Source: an uncultured Dehalococcoidales bacterium (GTDB taxonomy: Bacteria > Chloroflexota > Dehalococcoidia > Dehalococcoidales > UBA5760). From it: a DNA stretch of 64,000 bases. A program made the position numbers and the translations under genes. Location: the NCBI GenBank assembly GCA_964472625.1, contig CAYYLM010000002.1:9366-73365 (forward strand). The letters are read 5' to 3'. Within the stretch, counting starts at the first letter, position 1, and every line of letters begins with the position of its first letter. Below, piece after piece: positions 37,243 through 46,423 of the stretch. Under the pieces are notes generated by a model. It did no database searches, was not told the DNA's origin, and saw only the letters and a list, made by a program, of their open reading frames with translations.

Positions 37243-38157
37243 ATGCGAATTGTCTTAATTGCCCACCTCTCACTCGGCTCTAAACTCCTTGAAGCCATTC
37301 TGAAAAAGGGTGAAGAGGTAGTGAGTGTATTTATCCCCGGTGGCGACTCTTCGAAACCATCCCCTCTCAAGACCCTGGCTCAAGATAACGACATTCCGGT
37401 TCATGAGCCAGTTCACATGAAGGATGCCGGCGTTTACAAGGTGATGGCTCCCTACGAGCCAGAGCTGGGGGTGCTTGCCTTTGTTCAGGACATCGTGCCC
37501 GTGGCTATCCTCAACTGTCCCCGGAAGGGAATGATTATGTATCACCCCTCGCTACTACCGAGGCATCGGGGCGGTAGTGCCATGAACTGGGCCGTAATTC
37601 AGGGTGAGACCAAGACTGGGTTGAGTGTCATCTGGCCGGATGCCGACATTGACAGCGGATCGATACTGCTTCAGAAAGGGGTTGACATCCTTCCCGACGA
37701 TACCGTGGGTTCGCTGTTCTTTGATAAGTTGTATCCCATGGGAATTGATGCCCTGACTGAGGCGATTCAGCTTGTTAAGGAGGGTAGAGCTCCGCGCATC
37801 CCCCAGGATGAAAGCCGGGCAACCTGCGAGCCGTTGTGTCAGGAGCGCCACGGCATCATCAACTGGGCTGAGCCTAACCAGGAAGTCTATAACCTGATCC
37901 GGGGCACCAATCCCCGGCCGGGTGCCAGCACTACCTATCGGGGAGAGAAATTGAAAATTTTTGATTCTAGGGTGGTAGGCTCGGCTCCTGGGGCGGCTCC
38001 CGGTGAGGTTATCCTGGTAAGTGATGAGGGGTTTTCGGTTGCCTCTCAGGACGGCAGCATCATGGTCAGGCAGGTGCAACCCCCAGGCTCCGGTAAGATT
38101 AGTGCCGCTGAGTTTGCTGAGAACGTCAATTTGAGGGAAGGCGACCGGCTGGGATAG
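37243..38157 (+). CDS. Formyltransferase family protein (ALDH1L1 N-terminal/Fmt-like)
   Basis: YHPSLLPRHRGGSAMNW, WPDADIDSG, and an Fmt C-terminal domain (IRGTNPRPGA). Confidence 0.8.
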   Translation: MRIVLIAHLSLGSKLLEAILKKGEEVVSVFIPGGDSSKPSPLKTLAQDNDIPVHEPVHMKDAGVYKVMAPYEPELGVLAFVQDIVPVAILNCPRKGMIMYHPSLLPRHRGGSAMNWAVIQGETKTGLSVIWPDADIDSGSILLQKGVDILPDDTVGSLFFDKLYPMGIDALTEAIQLVKEGRAPRIPQDESRATCEPLCQERHGIINWAEPNQEVYNLIRGTNPRPGASTTYRGEKLKIFDSRVVGSAPGAAPGEVILVSDEGFSVASQDGSIMVRQVQPPGSGKISAAEFAENVNLREGDRLG

Positions 38158-38338
38158 CTCTAAGCTACCTTCCTTAAGTTACTCTCCAGGCGCTGGCGAG
38201 GTAGAGCTTTAGTAGTATTGACGGGTATCGTTTTATCGTTTATTATCACAGAAAACCTGGGCTTATGGCATGGAGTTGTGAAATGAGGCGTAATTCTTTA
38301 AGGATTTTGGTCGGGCTTTACAACAGGAGGCAAGGGGT

Positions 38339-40048
38339 ATGCTTTCCAGGCTAACGGGGGAAAGACAGGGGCAATACTCTAGAATCTTCGGCTGGCTGGC
38401 ATTGAGCATTATCCTGTCCTTACTGCTGGTGGTATTCCCGGCTGTACCTGCTCAGGCTCAGGTTGAGCTTTTTCTTGATCCGACTGAGGGTAAGGTCGGC
38501 GACAAGGTTTATGTTACGGGCACTGAGTTTGAGCCCGGGGAGTATTTTTATCTCTATTTCTCCAGTGATAAGGCTAGCATCGGTAGTTACATTGAGGAAA
38601 AACTCACTCATTACAAGCTACTGGAGAGGAATATCAAACCGAATGAGGAGACTGACCCGCTTCCCGGTGAATTTTATACCCAATTCCGTGTCCCCGATAA
38701 ACTTGACGATGGCGAAGATATTGAGGATGTGCATGGTGGTGAGCATTATGTCTATGTTGCCACTCGTATTGACAAGCAGATAGTTGCCTATGCCACGTTC
38801 AGCGTACCCCATGGTGAAATTGAGCTGACCCCAGAAGCAGGGACGGTAGGTTCTGAAATTGAGATTAGCGGCCAGGGGCTTCGCCCTGACCAGCAGATCA
38901 CCATTAAATACGATGGCAAAGAAGTTAACATAATAAGTGGTGATACCAAGACTGATGGCGACGGCGGGTTCATCAGCACTATTACGGTTCCCGAGGGGCC
39001 GGCTGACGACTATATCATAACTGCGATTGATGAGTCGGGCAATCGGCCGGAAGCGGAGTTCAGGGTAACGCCAAAGATATCCGTAAGCCCCACGTCACAG
39101 GATGTAGATGAGATGGTGGAGGTTAGAGGCACCGGCTTTGGTGTCAGAGAGCGGGTTACCGTTACTCTGGATGGCACTGAGATTGTCACGACTCCGGTAA
39201 CCCTGCATACCACTCGCCTTGGCAGTCTTGGCGGGAGTTTCGTGATACCACCGCGCCCAGCTTATACCGATGGTAGCCTGGTTAAGGTACGGGTCCGCGA
39301 TGAAAGTGATAATGTGGCTGAGACCGAATTGACTGTTCTACCTATCCCGGCTTCCATCTGGCTAAATCCGGCTACCAGCCTGGACGCACCGGGTCACGTC
39401 GGTATGGGGCTTACTGCCAGCGGCATCTGGTTTGTGCCCGGTGCCACCATTGACATCACTTATGATAATGGTGAGACCTCAGCGATTGCCACCACTGAGG
39501 CGCTTGATAGTAGAAATTTTTCGGTGACCTTCACGGTACCGCCCAGTGTTCCCGGTAGCCATACGGTAACCGCCAGTGATGGCATCAATAGTGTAGCCGC
39601 TGTCTTTACCATGGAATCAGAGAGACCGCTGACGCCAGTGCCACTATTGCCAAAAGCTGCCGCCCCGCTAGAGGCTGAGGGGCTTTTTGACTGGGAGGAC
39701 GTTAGCGACCCCAGTGGCATAACCTATGTGCTTCAGGTCGCGGGCGATAGTGATTTTGCCTCCGTAGTGCTGGAGAGGGGAGAGCTAGCTGACTCAGAAT
39801 ATACTATTAGTGGAGAGGAGAGGCTTAGGCTAGCCGAGAGGCAGACTCCCTATTACTGGAGGGTGAAGGCAGTCGATGGTACCTTTAGTGAGAGCTACTG
39901 GATGATATCCATCCCGTTCTATGTTGGCAGTCCTCAAGGAGCACCACTGCCCGGCTGGATGAAGTATTTATGGATTGGTGTTGGCTGTGGCCTGGCTGCT
40001 TACTTTATAACAAGGGCATGGAAGAAGCATGCCGAGTCGCCTGACTAA
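38339..40048 (+). CDS. Cell-surface protein with Ig-like (IPT/TIG-like) repeats, FnIII-like domain and C-terminal TM anchor
   Basis: Signal peptide; repeats of P..G.VG..I.I.G.G...F; WEDVSDPSGITYVLQ..YYWRVKAVD; hydrophobic tail followed by KK. Confidence 0.75.
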   Translation: MLSRLTGERQGQYSRIFGWLALSIILSLLLVVFPAVPAQAQVELFLDPTEGKVGDKVYVTGTEFEPGEYFYLYFSSDKASIGSYIEEKLTHYKLLERNIKPNEETDPLPGEFYTQFRVPDKLDDGEDIEDVHGGEHYVYVATRIDKQIVAYATFSVPHGEIELTPEAGTVGSEIEISGQGLRPDQQITIKYDGKEVNIISGDTKTDGDGGFISTITVPEGPADDYIITAIDESGNRPEAEFRVTPKISVSPTSQDVDEMVEVRGTGFGVRERVTVTLDGTEIVTTPVTLHTTRLGSLGGSFVIPPRPAYTDGSLVKVRVRDESDNVAETELTVLPIPASIWLNPATSLDAPGHVGMGLTASGIWFVPGATIDITYDNGETSAIATTEALDSRNFSVTFTVPPSVPGSHTVTASDGINSVAAVFTMESERPLTPVPLLPKAAAPLEAEGLFDWEDVSDPSGITYVLQVAGDSDFASVVLERGELADSEYTISGEERLRLAERQTPYYWRVKAVDGTFSESYWMISIPFYVGSPQGAPLPGWMKYLWIGVGCGLAAYFITRAWKKHAESPD

Positions 40049-40091
40049 GACGGTTTAGCCTAGAAAGCCTAATGCTTTGACGCTAGTTGGG

Positions 40092-40463
40092 CTATTCTGC
40101 TTCTAGAGTAATCTGAGCTGTCTTACCCTTCTTAGTCACTTGGGCCACCGGGGGCATATCCCTGAGGATATCCAGTAAGGGGATGGGACTCTCTGCGGAG
40201 ACAACAATCTCGGTACCTTCAGCTACGGAACCACCAATCAACACTAGCTGCAGTTCTGGAACCTGAGACAAGTGCTCTTCTAATTTCCTGACCTGACCTG
40301 AGTCTACTGGTGGCACTATTGTCAGTCTCACTGTGCCCTTATACAGTTCCGTACCTGATTCTTTGCCTTCCTTCTTGGCTACTTGCTCTGTCTCTTTCTT
40401 GGCTTGGGCTTTCGCCTTCTTAGCTTCCTTTTTGGCTCTTTCCCCGTCTTCTTTAGCTTCCAT
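40092..40463 (-). CDS. Hypothetical protein
   Basis: Charged N-terminus and a compact ferredoxin-like C-domain (LYKGTVRLTI...); GGAGAG ribosome-binding site. Confidence 0.65.
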   Translation of the reverse strand: MEAKEDGERAKKEAKKAKAQAKKETEQVAKKEGKESGTELYKGTVRLTIVPPVDSGQVRKLEEHLSQVPELQLVLIGGSVAEGTEIVVSAESPIPLLDILRDMPPVAQVTKKGKTAQITLEAE

Positions 40464-40605
40464 TGGCTCTCTCCTTGGTTACCCGCTCTGCCTAGGGCTA
40501 CTTGGTGCTAGGCTGCTGCCTGTATTGTGGTCAGATTATTCTAACATTCGTTAGTATAAACACAGCCGGGAACCCCTGTCAATCACGGCTGAGAATTATT
40601 ACTTA

Positions 40606-40645
40606 TATCCTATCTTATCCTATCTTATCCTTACTTTACTTTACA
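40606..40645 (+). repeat. Array of eight 5-mers in a divergent promoter region
   Basis: TATCC TATCT TATCC TATCT TATCC TTACT TTACT TTACA (10-bp period). Confidence 0.8.
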
Positions 40646-40790
40646 ATCTAATCATTATTTGTTACCCTTATTGTCGCACTACTAATGGGGGACTGTTTCA
40701 CAGTCTAAATGACTCGTTTGGGTGATTGAACTGGGTATTAGGATAAGGCAGAATAGGGAGAGGTAAGTTTAAGGTAGTTTAAGAGAGGAG

Positions 40791-41087
40791 GTGGAGATGC
40801 CGAGTCACGAAGAGATTAACCCTATGTTGACGACGAGTGAGGTGGCTCGTCTGCTTAATGTGCATATCAATACGGTAAGGCGGTGGAGTAATCAGGGAGT
40901 ACTAAAGACATACCGTATCGGCACGCGTGGTGATCGCCGGTTTCACCGTGAAGATATCGCCACTTTCCTTTCGCAGAAGTCGAAGATGGCCAATCTAGAT
41001 ACTGAGATGGAAATCCCCTCCCTATCAGACCAATCGTCAGGAAGTCGCCAGAACCTACCAGCGTCGGTAGCCTATGACCGTAAGTAA
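40791..41087 (+). CDS. Excisionase/MerR-like HTH (HTH_17, BldC-like) DNA-binding protein
   Basis: LTTSEVARLLNVHINTVRRWSNQGVLKTYRIG.RGDRRF. Confidence 0.85.
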   Translation: MEMPSHEEINPMLTTSEVARLLNVHINTVRRWSNQGVLKTYRIGTRGDRRFHREDIATFLSQKSKMANLDTEMEIPSLSDQSSGSRQNLPASVAYDRK

Positions 41088-41110
41088 TATCTATATGTGA
41101 GGGTGAGCAA

Positions 41111-41791
41111 ATGAACAAAATCGTGGTAATGATAATTGATGAGGAAGCATTCTTTAGAGCTGGCGTGCGTCAGGCACTTGCTCAACAGACTGACTTCGAG
41201 GTATTGGATTGTGATCCGTCTGATAGCCCATTAGATATGATTGACGCTAGTCTTCCCAATATTGCCCTGCTCGGCTCAGCCCTCGGTGCCCACAGTGGAC
41301 TAGAATTGGGAAGAAAAATCGCCCGCTATTACCCCAATACCAAGGTAATAATGCTGAGTCCCAATCCTGATGATGAAGAGCTCTTTGAGGTTATCAAGAC
41401 AGCGGCCGTAGCCTGCTTAAACAGGAATACCGCTGCTGATGAGCTCGCTAACACGATAAGGCGGGCATCTCAGGGTGAATACCCAATAAATGAGAGCCTT
41501 ATGACAAGACCCAAGGTCGCCCAGCGGGTGTTAAAGCAATTTGAAGATATCTCATCGATGGGTAGGGCGATCGAAACAGTAATTGCACCCCTCACCCGTC
41601 GTGAGACGCAGATTCTGGACTACGTTGCTGAAGGCAATACAAATAAGCAAATTGCTGATATCTTGGGGATTAGTGAGCAAACGATTAAGAGCCATGTCAG
41701 TGCTATCCTTCGCAAGCTGAATGCTAATGATAGGGCTCATGCTGTTGCCCTAGCCATTCGTAATGGTTGGATTTCACCAGGTGAGAAATAG
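41111..41791 (+). CDS. NarL/LuxR-family response regulator with atypical receiver
   Basis: LTRRETQILDYVAEGNTNKQIA..LGISEQTIKSHV LuxR HTH; phosphoacceptor Asp replaced (IALLGS). Confidence 0.88.
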   Translation: MNKIVVMIIDEEAFFRAGVRQALAQQTDFEVLDCDPSDSPLDMIDASLPNIALLGSALGAHSGLELGRKIARYYPNTKVIMLSPNPDDEELFEVIKTAAVACLNRNTAADELANTIRRASQGEYPINESLMTRPKVAQRVLKQFEDISSMGRAIETVIAPLTRRETQILDYVAEGNTNKQIADILGISEQTIKSHVSAILRKLNANDRAHAVALAIRNGWISPGEK

Positions 41792-41874
41792 TGAGGGGAT
41801 ATAGCAGCAGGATTTCAAGGGGACATAAAGGGTAGTTTTAGGGGCGTTTAGTCCTGTCGGTCTAAAATTGAGAA

Positions 41875-44283
41875 ATGGCTAATCTGAGTAAAGAGAAGGT
41901 TGCGAGTAAGAATGATGAGTTTGATTCTCGCCAGTCAGTAAAGCTTAATGCCTTTGAGTCACTAGGAGGGGGAGGCAAAGTGCCACAATTGGAGATTGAC
42001 CTTAAACTAAGTGACCAGATTTGGGAATATCTGCGCAAGCAGGGTTACAAGGTAACCGAGGGGGCAAGGCTCGTCGGCAAGTCGGGGGTTGAGCATACCT
42101 TTGACATGCTGGCGCAGAGGGATGACGGTTTTATCAGCTACACTATGGCGATATGCATTGCGGCTGGGGGAGATAAGGAAGCAGAGGTACAAACTATTTT
42201 CAACTTCGCCAACAAGGCCTATGATACTGGTATTATTGACCGGGTGCTTATTGCTGTCCCGGAGATTAGTCCTGAGGCGAAGCAACTGGCTGGTAAACAG
42301 CGGATAAAGGTTATTGAAGCCGAAAAGATGGGGGCTTTGCTTGACACTAAGCCTGTGGCGCAGCTTAAGCCTGGGGAGCCACTTAGGTTTGAGACACAAG
42401 CAGAGCTGGTGAAATCTTTGCTGAGTCGGGGTTACCAGGTCGAGGAAAAGGCTAAGGTTAAGAGCCGATCTGGGGTTGAGTATAGCTTTGACATACTGGC
42501 TTATGTTGATATGGATGGGGCTAATCACAGCCTAGGTATCGACTTTCTGAGTGCGGAGAAGGAAGTAGGTTTGGATCAGGTATCCATATTTGATACTAAA
42601 GCCTACGAGGTTGGCATTGATGATAAAGTCATTGTTGTCTCGCCGGTGCTTAGCCTGGAAGCGAAGCAGTTTGCCCAGCATCAGCGAATAAGGGTTTTCG
42701 AAGTGGGCGCAAAGCCAGCTTCCAAGGATTCAACGTCAGCAGAGGAAGCAACTAAACCTGATTCGGCTAAGGTTAAAACGAGACAGCTACGGCAGATGGT
42801 TCAGGCTGAGGCATTACAAATGATACCCGAGGTGATGGCAAGAAGGTATAATGCCGTACCACTAACTCTCTCGGGTAACACGCTGAAGGTTGCTATGGCC
42901 GACCCGACCGATATCTTTGCTCTGGAGGCTTTCTCTGCCCAGAGTAAAAAGAGGATTCAACCGATAGGCGCCAGTGCTAAGGAAGTCAGGGAGGCTATTG
43001 ACTTTAACTACAAAGGCCATAGCGAGATCGAGAAGCAGATTGCTCATATCTCTATCCCGGCCGATGCCCTTGATGAAAGGCTGGCCATTGATGCGGCTAT
43101 TGATGCCCCTCTGGCTCAGGCTCTTAACCTTATTGTTGAGGAAGCGGTGAGAGCACACTCATCTGATATTCACATTGAACCCGAGGAGGATAGGGTGAGG
43201 GTACGCTACCGCATTGATGGTACCCTTCAGGATATGATGTCTCTACCGGTGACGGTGCATCGTGCTGTTATTTCTCGAATTAAGATTTTGGCTGATATGA
43301 ATATTGCTGACCACCATCGTCCTCAGGATGGACAGTTTTCTACTAAAGCCAAGGGGCGAGAGATAGATGTTCGTGTCGCTACCGCACCTACCGTCTTCGG
43401 TGAGATGGCGGTGCTGCGGCTTCTTGACAAAGCTCGGGCTACTTTGGGGTTATCGGAACTTGGTTTCTTGCCAGATAGCCAGGCCAAGTACGAAAGTTTG
43501 CTCAAGGTACCCTATGGTATGCTCTTGATCAGTGGTCCCACCGGAGCCGGGAAAACCACCACCTTATACGCTTCCATTAATTCCCTTGATACCATGGGGC
43601 GGAACATAATTACGATTGAAGACCCGGCCGAGTATCGGTTTAAGGATATTAATCAGATTCAGGTTAATTCTCAGGCTGGCATTACCTTTGCCCGAGGACT
43701 GCGGTCGATACTCCGTCTTGACCCCGATGTTATCATGGTCGGCGAAATACGTGATGTTGAGACAACTCAAATCGCAGTTCAGTCAGCTTTGACTGGGCAC
43801 CTGATGCTTACCTCCATCCACGCTAGTGATGCGGCTGGTGTACTCACCCGTCTCATTGACCTCGGAGTTGAGCCGTTCTTGATCGCTTCCTCCGTTATTG
43901 GTGTTGTCGCTCAGCGGATGGTGCGTCGCATTTGCCCGGATTGCGGCCACCCTATTGAGGCACCCCTGGTGGAAAGACTGGCTTATGAAAAGGAGATGGG
44001 GGAGGAAAAGACCGAGTTTTTATACGGTACCGGTTGTGCTACCTGTGCCTATACTGGTTATGTGGGCCGAACCGGAATCTTTGAGATTCTGGTGGTGAGT
44101 GATGGCATCCGAGCTCTGGTTACTAATCGAGCTAATAGCAATGAGATTCGTTCTCTGGCGTTTGAGGAGGGGATGAGGGCAATGATGAATGATGGTATGC
44201 GCAAGGTGCAAAGCGGGATTACTACCCCGTCTGAAGTGCTGCGCAGTGCCTACTCCCCCGACCTTAGGCCTGAAGCAAAATAG
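41875..44283 (+). CDS. pilB: Type IV pilus extension ATPase PilB/GspE with two N-terminal restriction-endonuclease-like repeats
   Basis: GSPII_N region, GPTGAGKTT, TIEDPAEY, LRLDPDVIMVGEIRD, HLMLTSIH, CPDC..GCATC Zn motif. GTG 41980 is an alternative start with a GGAGG site. Confidence 0.9.
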   Translation: MANLSKEKVASKNDEFDSRQSVKLNAFESLGGGGKVPQLEIDLKLSDQIWEYLRKQGYKVTEGARLVGKSGVEHTFDMLAQRDDGFISYTMAICIAAGGDKEAEVQTIFNFANKAYDTGIIDRVLIAVPEISPEAKQLAGKQRIKVIEAEKMGALLDTKPVAQLKPGEPLRFETQAELVKSLLSRGYQVEEKAKVKSRSGVEYSFDILAYVDMDGANHSLGIDFLSAEKEVGLDQVSIFDTKAYEVGIDDKVIVVSPVLSLEAKQFAQHQRIRVFEVGAKPASKDSTSAEEATKPDSAKVKTRQLRQMVQAEALQMIPEVMARRYNAVPLTLSGNTLKVAMADPTDIFALEAFSAQSKKRIQPIGASAKEVREAIDFNYKGHSEIEKQIAHISIPADALDERLAIDAAIDAPLAQALNLIVEEAVRAHSSDIHIEPEEDRVRVRYRIDGTLQDMMSLPVTVHRAVISRIKILADMNIADHHRPQDGQFSTKAKGREIDVRVATAPTVFGEMAVLRLLDKARATLGLSELGFLPDSQAKYESLLKVPYGMLLISGPTGAGKTTTLYASINSLDTMGRNIITIEDPAEYRFKDINQIQVNSQAGITFARGLRSILRLDPDVIMVGEIRDVETTQIAVQSALTGHLMLTSIHASDAAGVLTRLIDLGVEPFLIASSVIGVVAQRMVRRICPDCGHPIEAPLVERLAYEKEMGEEKTEFLYGTGCATCAYTGYVGRTGIFEILVVSDGIRALVTNRANSNEIRSLAFEEGMRAMMNDGMRKVQSGITTPSEVLRSAYSPDLRPEAK

Positions 44284-44292
44284 AGGTGAAAT

Positions 44293-45501
44293 ATGGAGTA
44301 TTCTTATGTAGCGTATACCAGGGATAAAAAATTAGTGAAGGGCAAGCTCTCGGCGACCAACCAAGAGGCAGCAGCTGGTGTGTTGAGCTACGGTGGCTAC
44401 CAGGTGCTTAGCCTTAAGCAGGTGGTTCCCTTCTTTGATACGGGAAAGCTGGGCACCAGTTTCTCCCGGGTAAAGCCGACAGAAATCATAATGTTCTCCC
44501 GCCAGCTGGCTTTACTACTTGAAGCTGGCACTGATATTGTTACCGCTTTGGAGTTATTACAGAACCAGACAACTAGCCATACCCTGAAGAGGGTGATTGC
44601 TGAGGTGGTCGCTGACATCCGTGCTGGTAGCTCGCTGTCAAAGGCGCTAAGTAAGCACCCGCGGGCTTTCTCGCAACTTTACCACCGGGCAATATCGGCT
44701 GGTGAGCAGGGTGGTAATCTGGAGGAGACACTTAGGCAGATGGCAAATCATATCGAGAGGGCCACCGTCACGGAAAAGAAGATAAAAGGAGCCCTGCGCT
44801 ACCCCATTATTGTTTTTATCATTGCGATTGTTGTGGTTGGGATATTAGTTAAATTTGTTCTGCCCCGTTTTATCCTTCTGTACGCCGCGTTTGGGAGTGA
44901 GTTGCCGACACTGCCGAGGATGCTTATCGGGTTTACCAATTGGTTTGATCAGTATGGCCTCTGGCTGGTGCTGGGGGTAGTCGCTGCCATTGGCATAACC
45001 TTTGCTTATATCAAAACCCCAGCGGGCAAAATCTGGTGGCATAGAACGCTGCTTAATCTGCCGGTATTTGGGCGTATTAACCTCCTGAATCAGCTGTCAC
45101 GCTGCTGTCGCACCATAGCGCTACTATTTAAGGTTGGCGTACCGCTACCGGAGATTATGGCGGTAGCCATTTATGGCACCACCAATAATATTGTGGCTCA
45201 GGAGTTGACTGAGGTGCAACAGGAGTTGCTTAAGGGTGAGGGCTTATCCCGTCCTATGGGCAGGCGGAAGCTGTTTCTGCCCCTGATGGTGCAGATGACC
45301 GGGGTCGGTGAGGAAACCGGTAACCTCGATAAAACACTAACTACGGTAGCGCAGGCCTATGAGGCTGAGGCTGAGGACAAGACCAGCGCGGCGGTAGCTA
45401 TGATCCAGCCAATGATGACGATGGTTATTGGTGGCATTGTTGCCTTTATTGCAATCGCTCTGGTGCAGGCTATGTATTCTGTCTACGGGAACTTCGGTTA
45501 A
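44293..45501 (+). CDS. pilC: Type IV pilus/T2SS platform protein PilC/GspF
   Basis: FSRQLALLLEAG, AGEQGGNLE, GEETGNLD, IQPMM. Confidence 0.92.
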   Translation: MEYSYVAYTRDKKLVKGKLSATNQEAAAGVLSYGGYQVLSLKQVVPFFDTGKLGTSFSRVKPTEIIMFSRQLALLLEAGTDIVTALELLQNQTTSHTLKRVIAEVVADIRAGSSLSKALSKHPRAFSQLYHRAISAGEQGGNLEETLRQMANHIERATVTEKKIKGALRYPIIVFIIAIVVVGILVKFVLPRFILLYAAFGSELPTLPRMLIGFTNWFDQYGLWLVLGVVAAIGITFAYIKTPAGKIWWHRTLLNLPVFGRINLLNQLSRCCRTIALLFKVGVPLPEIMAVAIYGTTNNIVAQELTEVQQELLKGEGLSRPMGRRKLFLPLMVQMTGVGEETGNLDKTLTTVAQAYEAEAEDKTSAAVAMIQPMMTMVIGGIVAFIAIALVQAMYSVYGNFG

Positions 45502-45514
45502 GGGGGACTAAGGG

Positions 45515-45874
45515 GTGATGAAAGGTGAAAAGGGGTTTTCCTTTATTGAGGTAGTAATTGCCCTGGCGATACTGGGTATAATTGCGGTTGGCTTTCTTGG
45601 TGGTTTAGGTACTGCCTCAAGGGGTCTCCTCACTGCCGATGAGCGAGAGACGGCTAATAACCTGGCCGAAGCTCAGATGGAGTATGTGAAAAACCTGCCT
45701 TACAGCGTTGCCTACTCGAAGTCAACGGCAATCCTTGGTGAATATGAATATTATGATGTTGAGATAGTTACCACCTCCCTGGAGGATGGAAATATTCAGA
45801 AAATAGAGGTGACGGTAAGTCATCAGGATAAACCAGAGGTAATTACTCTGGCGGATTACAAGGTGAACCGATGA
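45515..45874 (+). CDS. Minor pilin (PilV/GspI-like)
   Basis: Class III signal KG|FSFIEVVIALAILG. Confidence 0.85.
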   Translation: MMKGEKGFSFIEVVIALAILGIIAVGFLGGLGTASRGLLTADERETANNLAEAQMEYVKNLPYSVAYSKSTAILGEYEYYDVEIVTTSLEDGNIQKIEVTVSHQDKPEVITLADYKVNR

Positions 45875-46407
45875 TACTTAAAAAATTAGGCTACATAAAT
45901 AAAAAGCAGCGGGGCTTTACCCTGCTCGAGCTGATAATAGCCCTAGCTATTACCGGTGCTATCACTGGTGGACTAGCCACGAGTATCTTTCAGACGCTTG
46001 ACTACAGCGCCCGGGACAATATGCGCATGGTGGCTGTCAAGCAGGTGGAGAACGCCATCCACTACATTAACCGTGATGTCCAGATGGCTCAGATTATAGA
46101 GCCGACTGAAGACGCAGATGGTTTCCCCTTGGTCCTGACCTGGGTAGAGTGGGACGTGGACAATACCGAGCATGTGGTTACGTATAGCATAGTGGGTAAC
46201 GAGCTACAGCGTAGTCATTCCGAGGATGGTGGTACACCGACTGAACTTACACTGGCACAGCATATTGATACGGACTCGGATGACACTTATTGTGACTTTG
46301 ACGAAGATCTCTGGATATTTACCTTTAGAATAACCGTTACCGTAAGCGGCTATCCGGAAGATATAAGTGAGATGAGAGAAGTGAGGATTACTCCCAGAAC
46401 TTCATAA
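45871..46407 (+). CDS. Minor pilin (PilW/GspJ-like)
   Basis: RG|FTLLELIIALAITG; 4-nt overlap with the previous gene. Confidence 0.85.
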   Translation: MILKKLGYINKKQRGFTLLELIIALAITGAITGGLATSIFQTLDYSARDNMRMVAVKQVENAIHYINRDVQMAQIIEPTEDADGFPLVLTWVEWDVDNTEHVVTYSIVGNELQRSHSEDGGTPTELTLAQHIDTDSDDTYCDFDEDLWIFTFRITVTVSGYPEDISEMREVRITPRTS

Positions 46408-46423
46408 CAGGGGGTGTGGCACC

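Noticed and set aside
37243-38157. Housekeeping methionyl-tRNA formyltransferase (fmt)
   Set aside because: Motifs (YHPSLLPRHRG, no RGAAPI) and the lack of def linkage favour an ALDH1L1-like paralog; no symbol assigned.
40606-40645. CRISPR or mini-CRISPR array
   Set aside because: Units are 5 bp with no spacers; no cas genes. No CRISPR array was seen anywhere in the window.
42010-42705. Active Mrr restriction enzyme / defence system call
   Set aside because: All four repeats lack the (D/E/Q)xK catalytic motif, and no methyltransferase or defence context is present.
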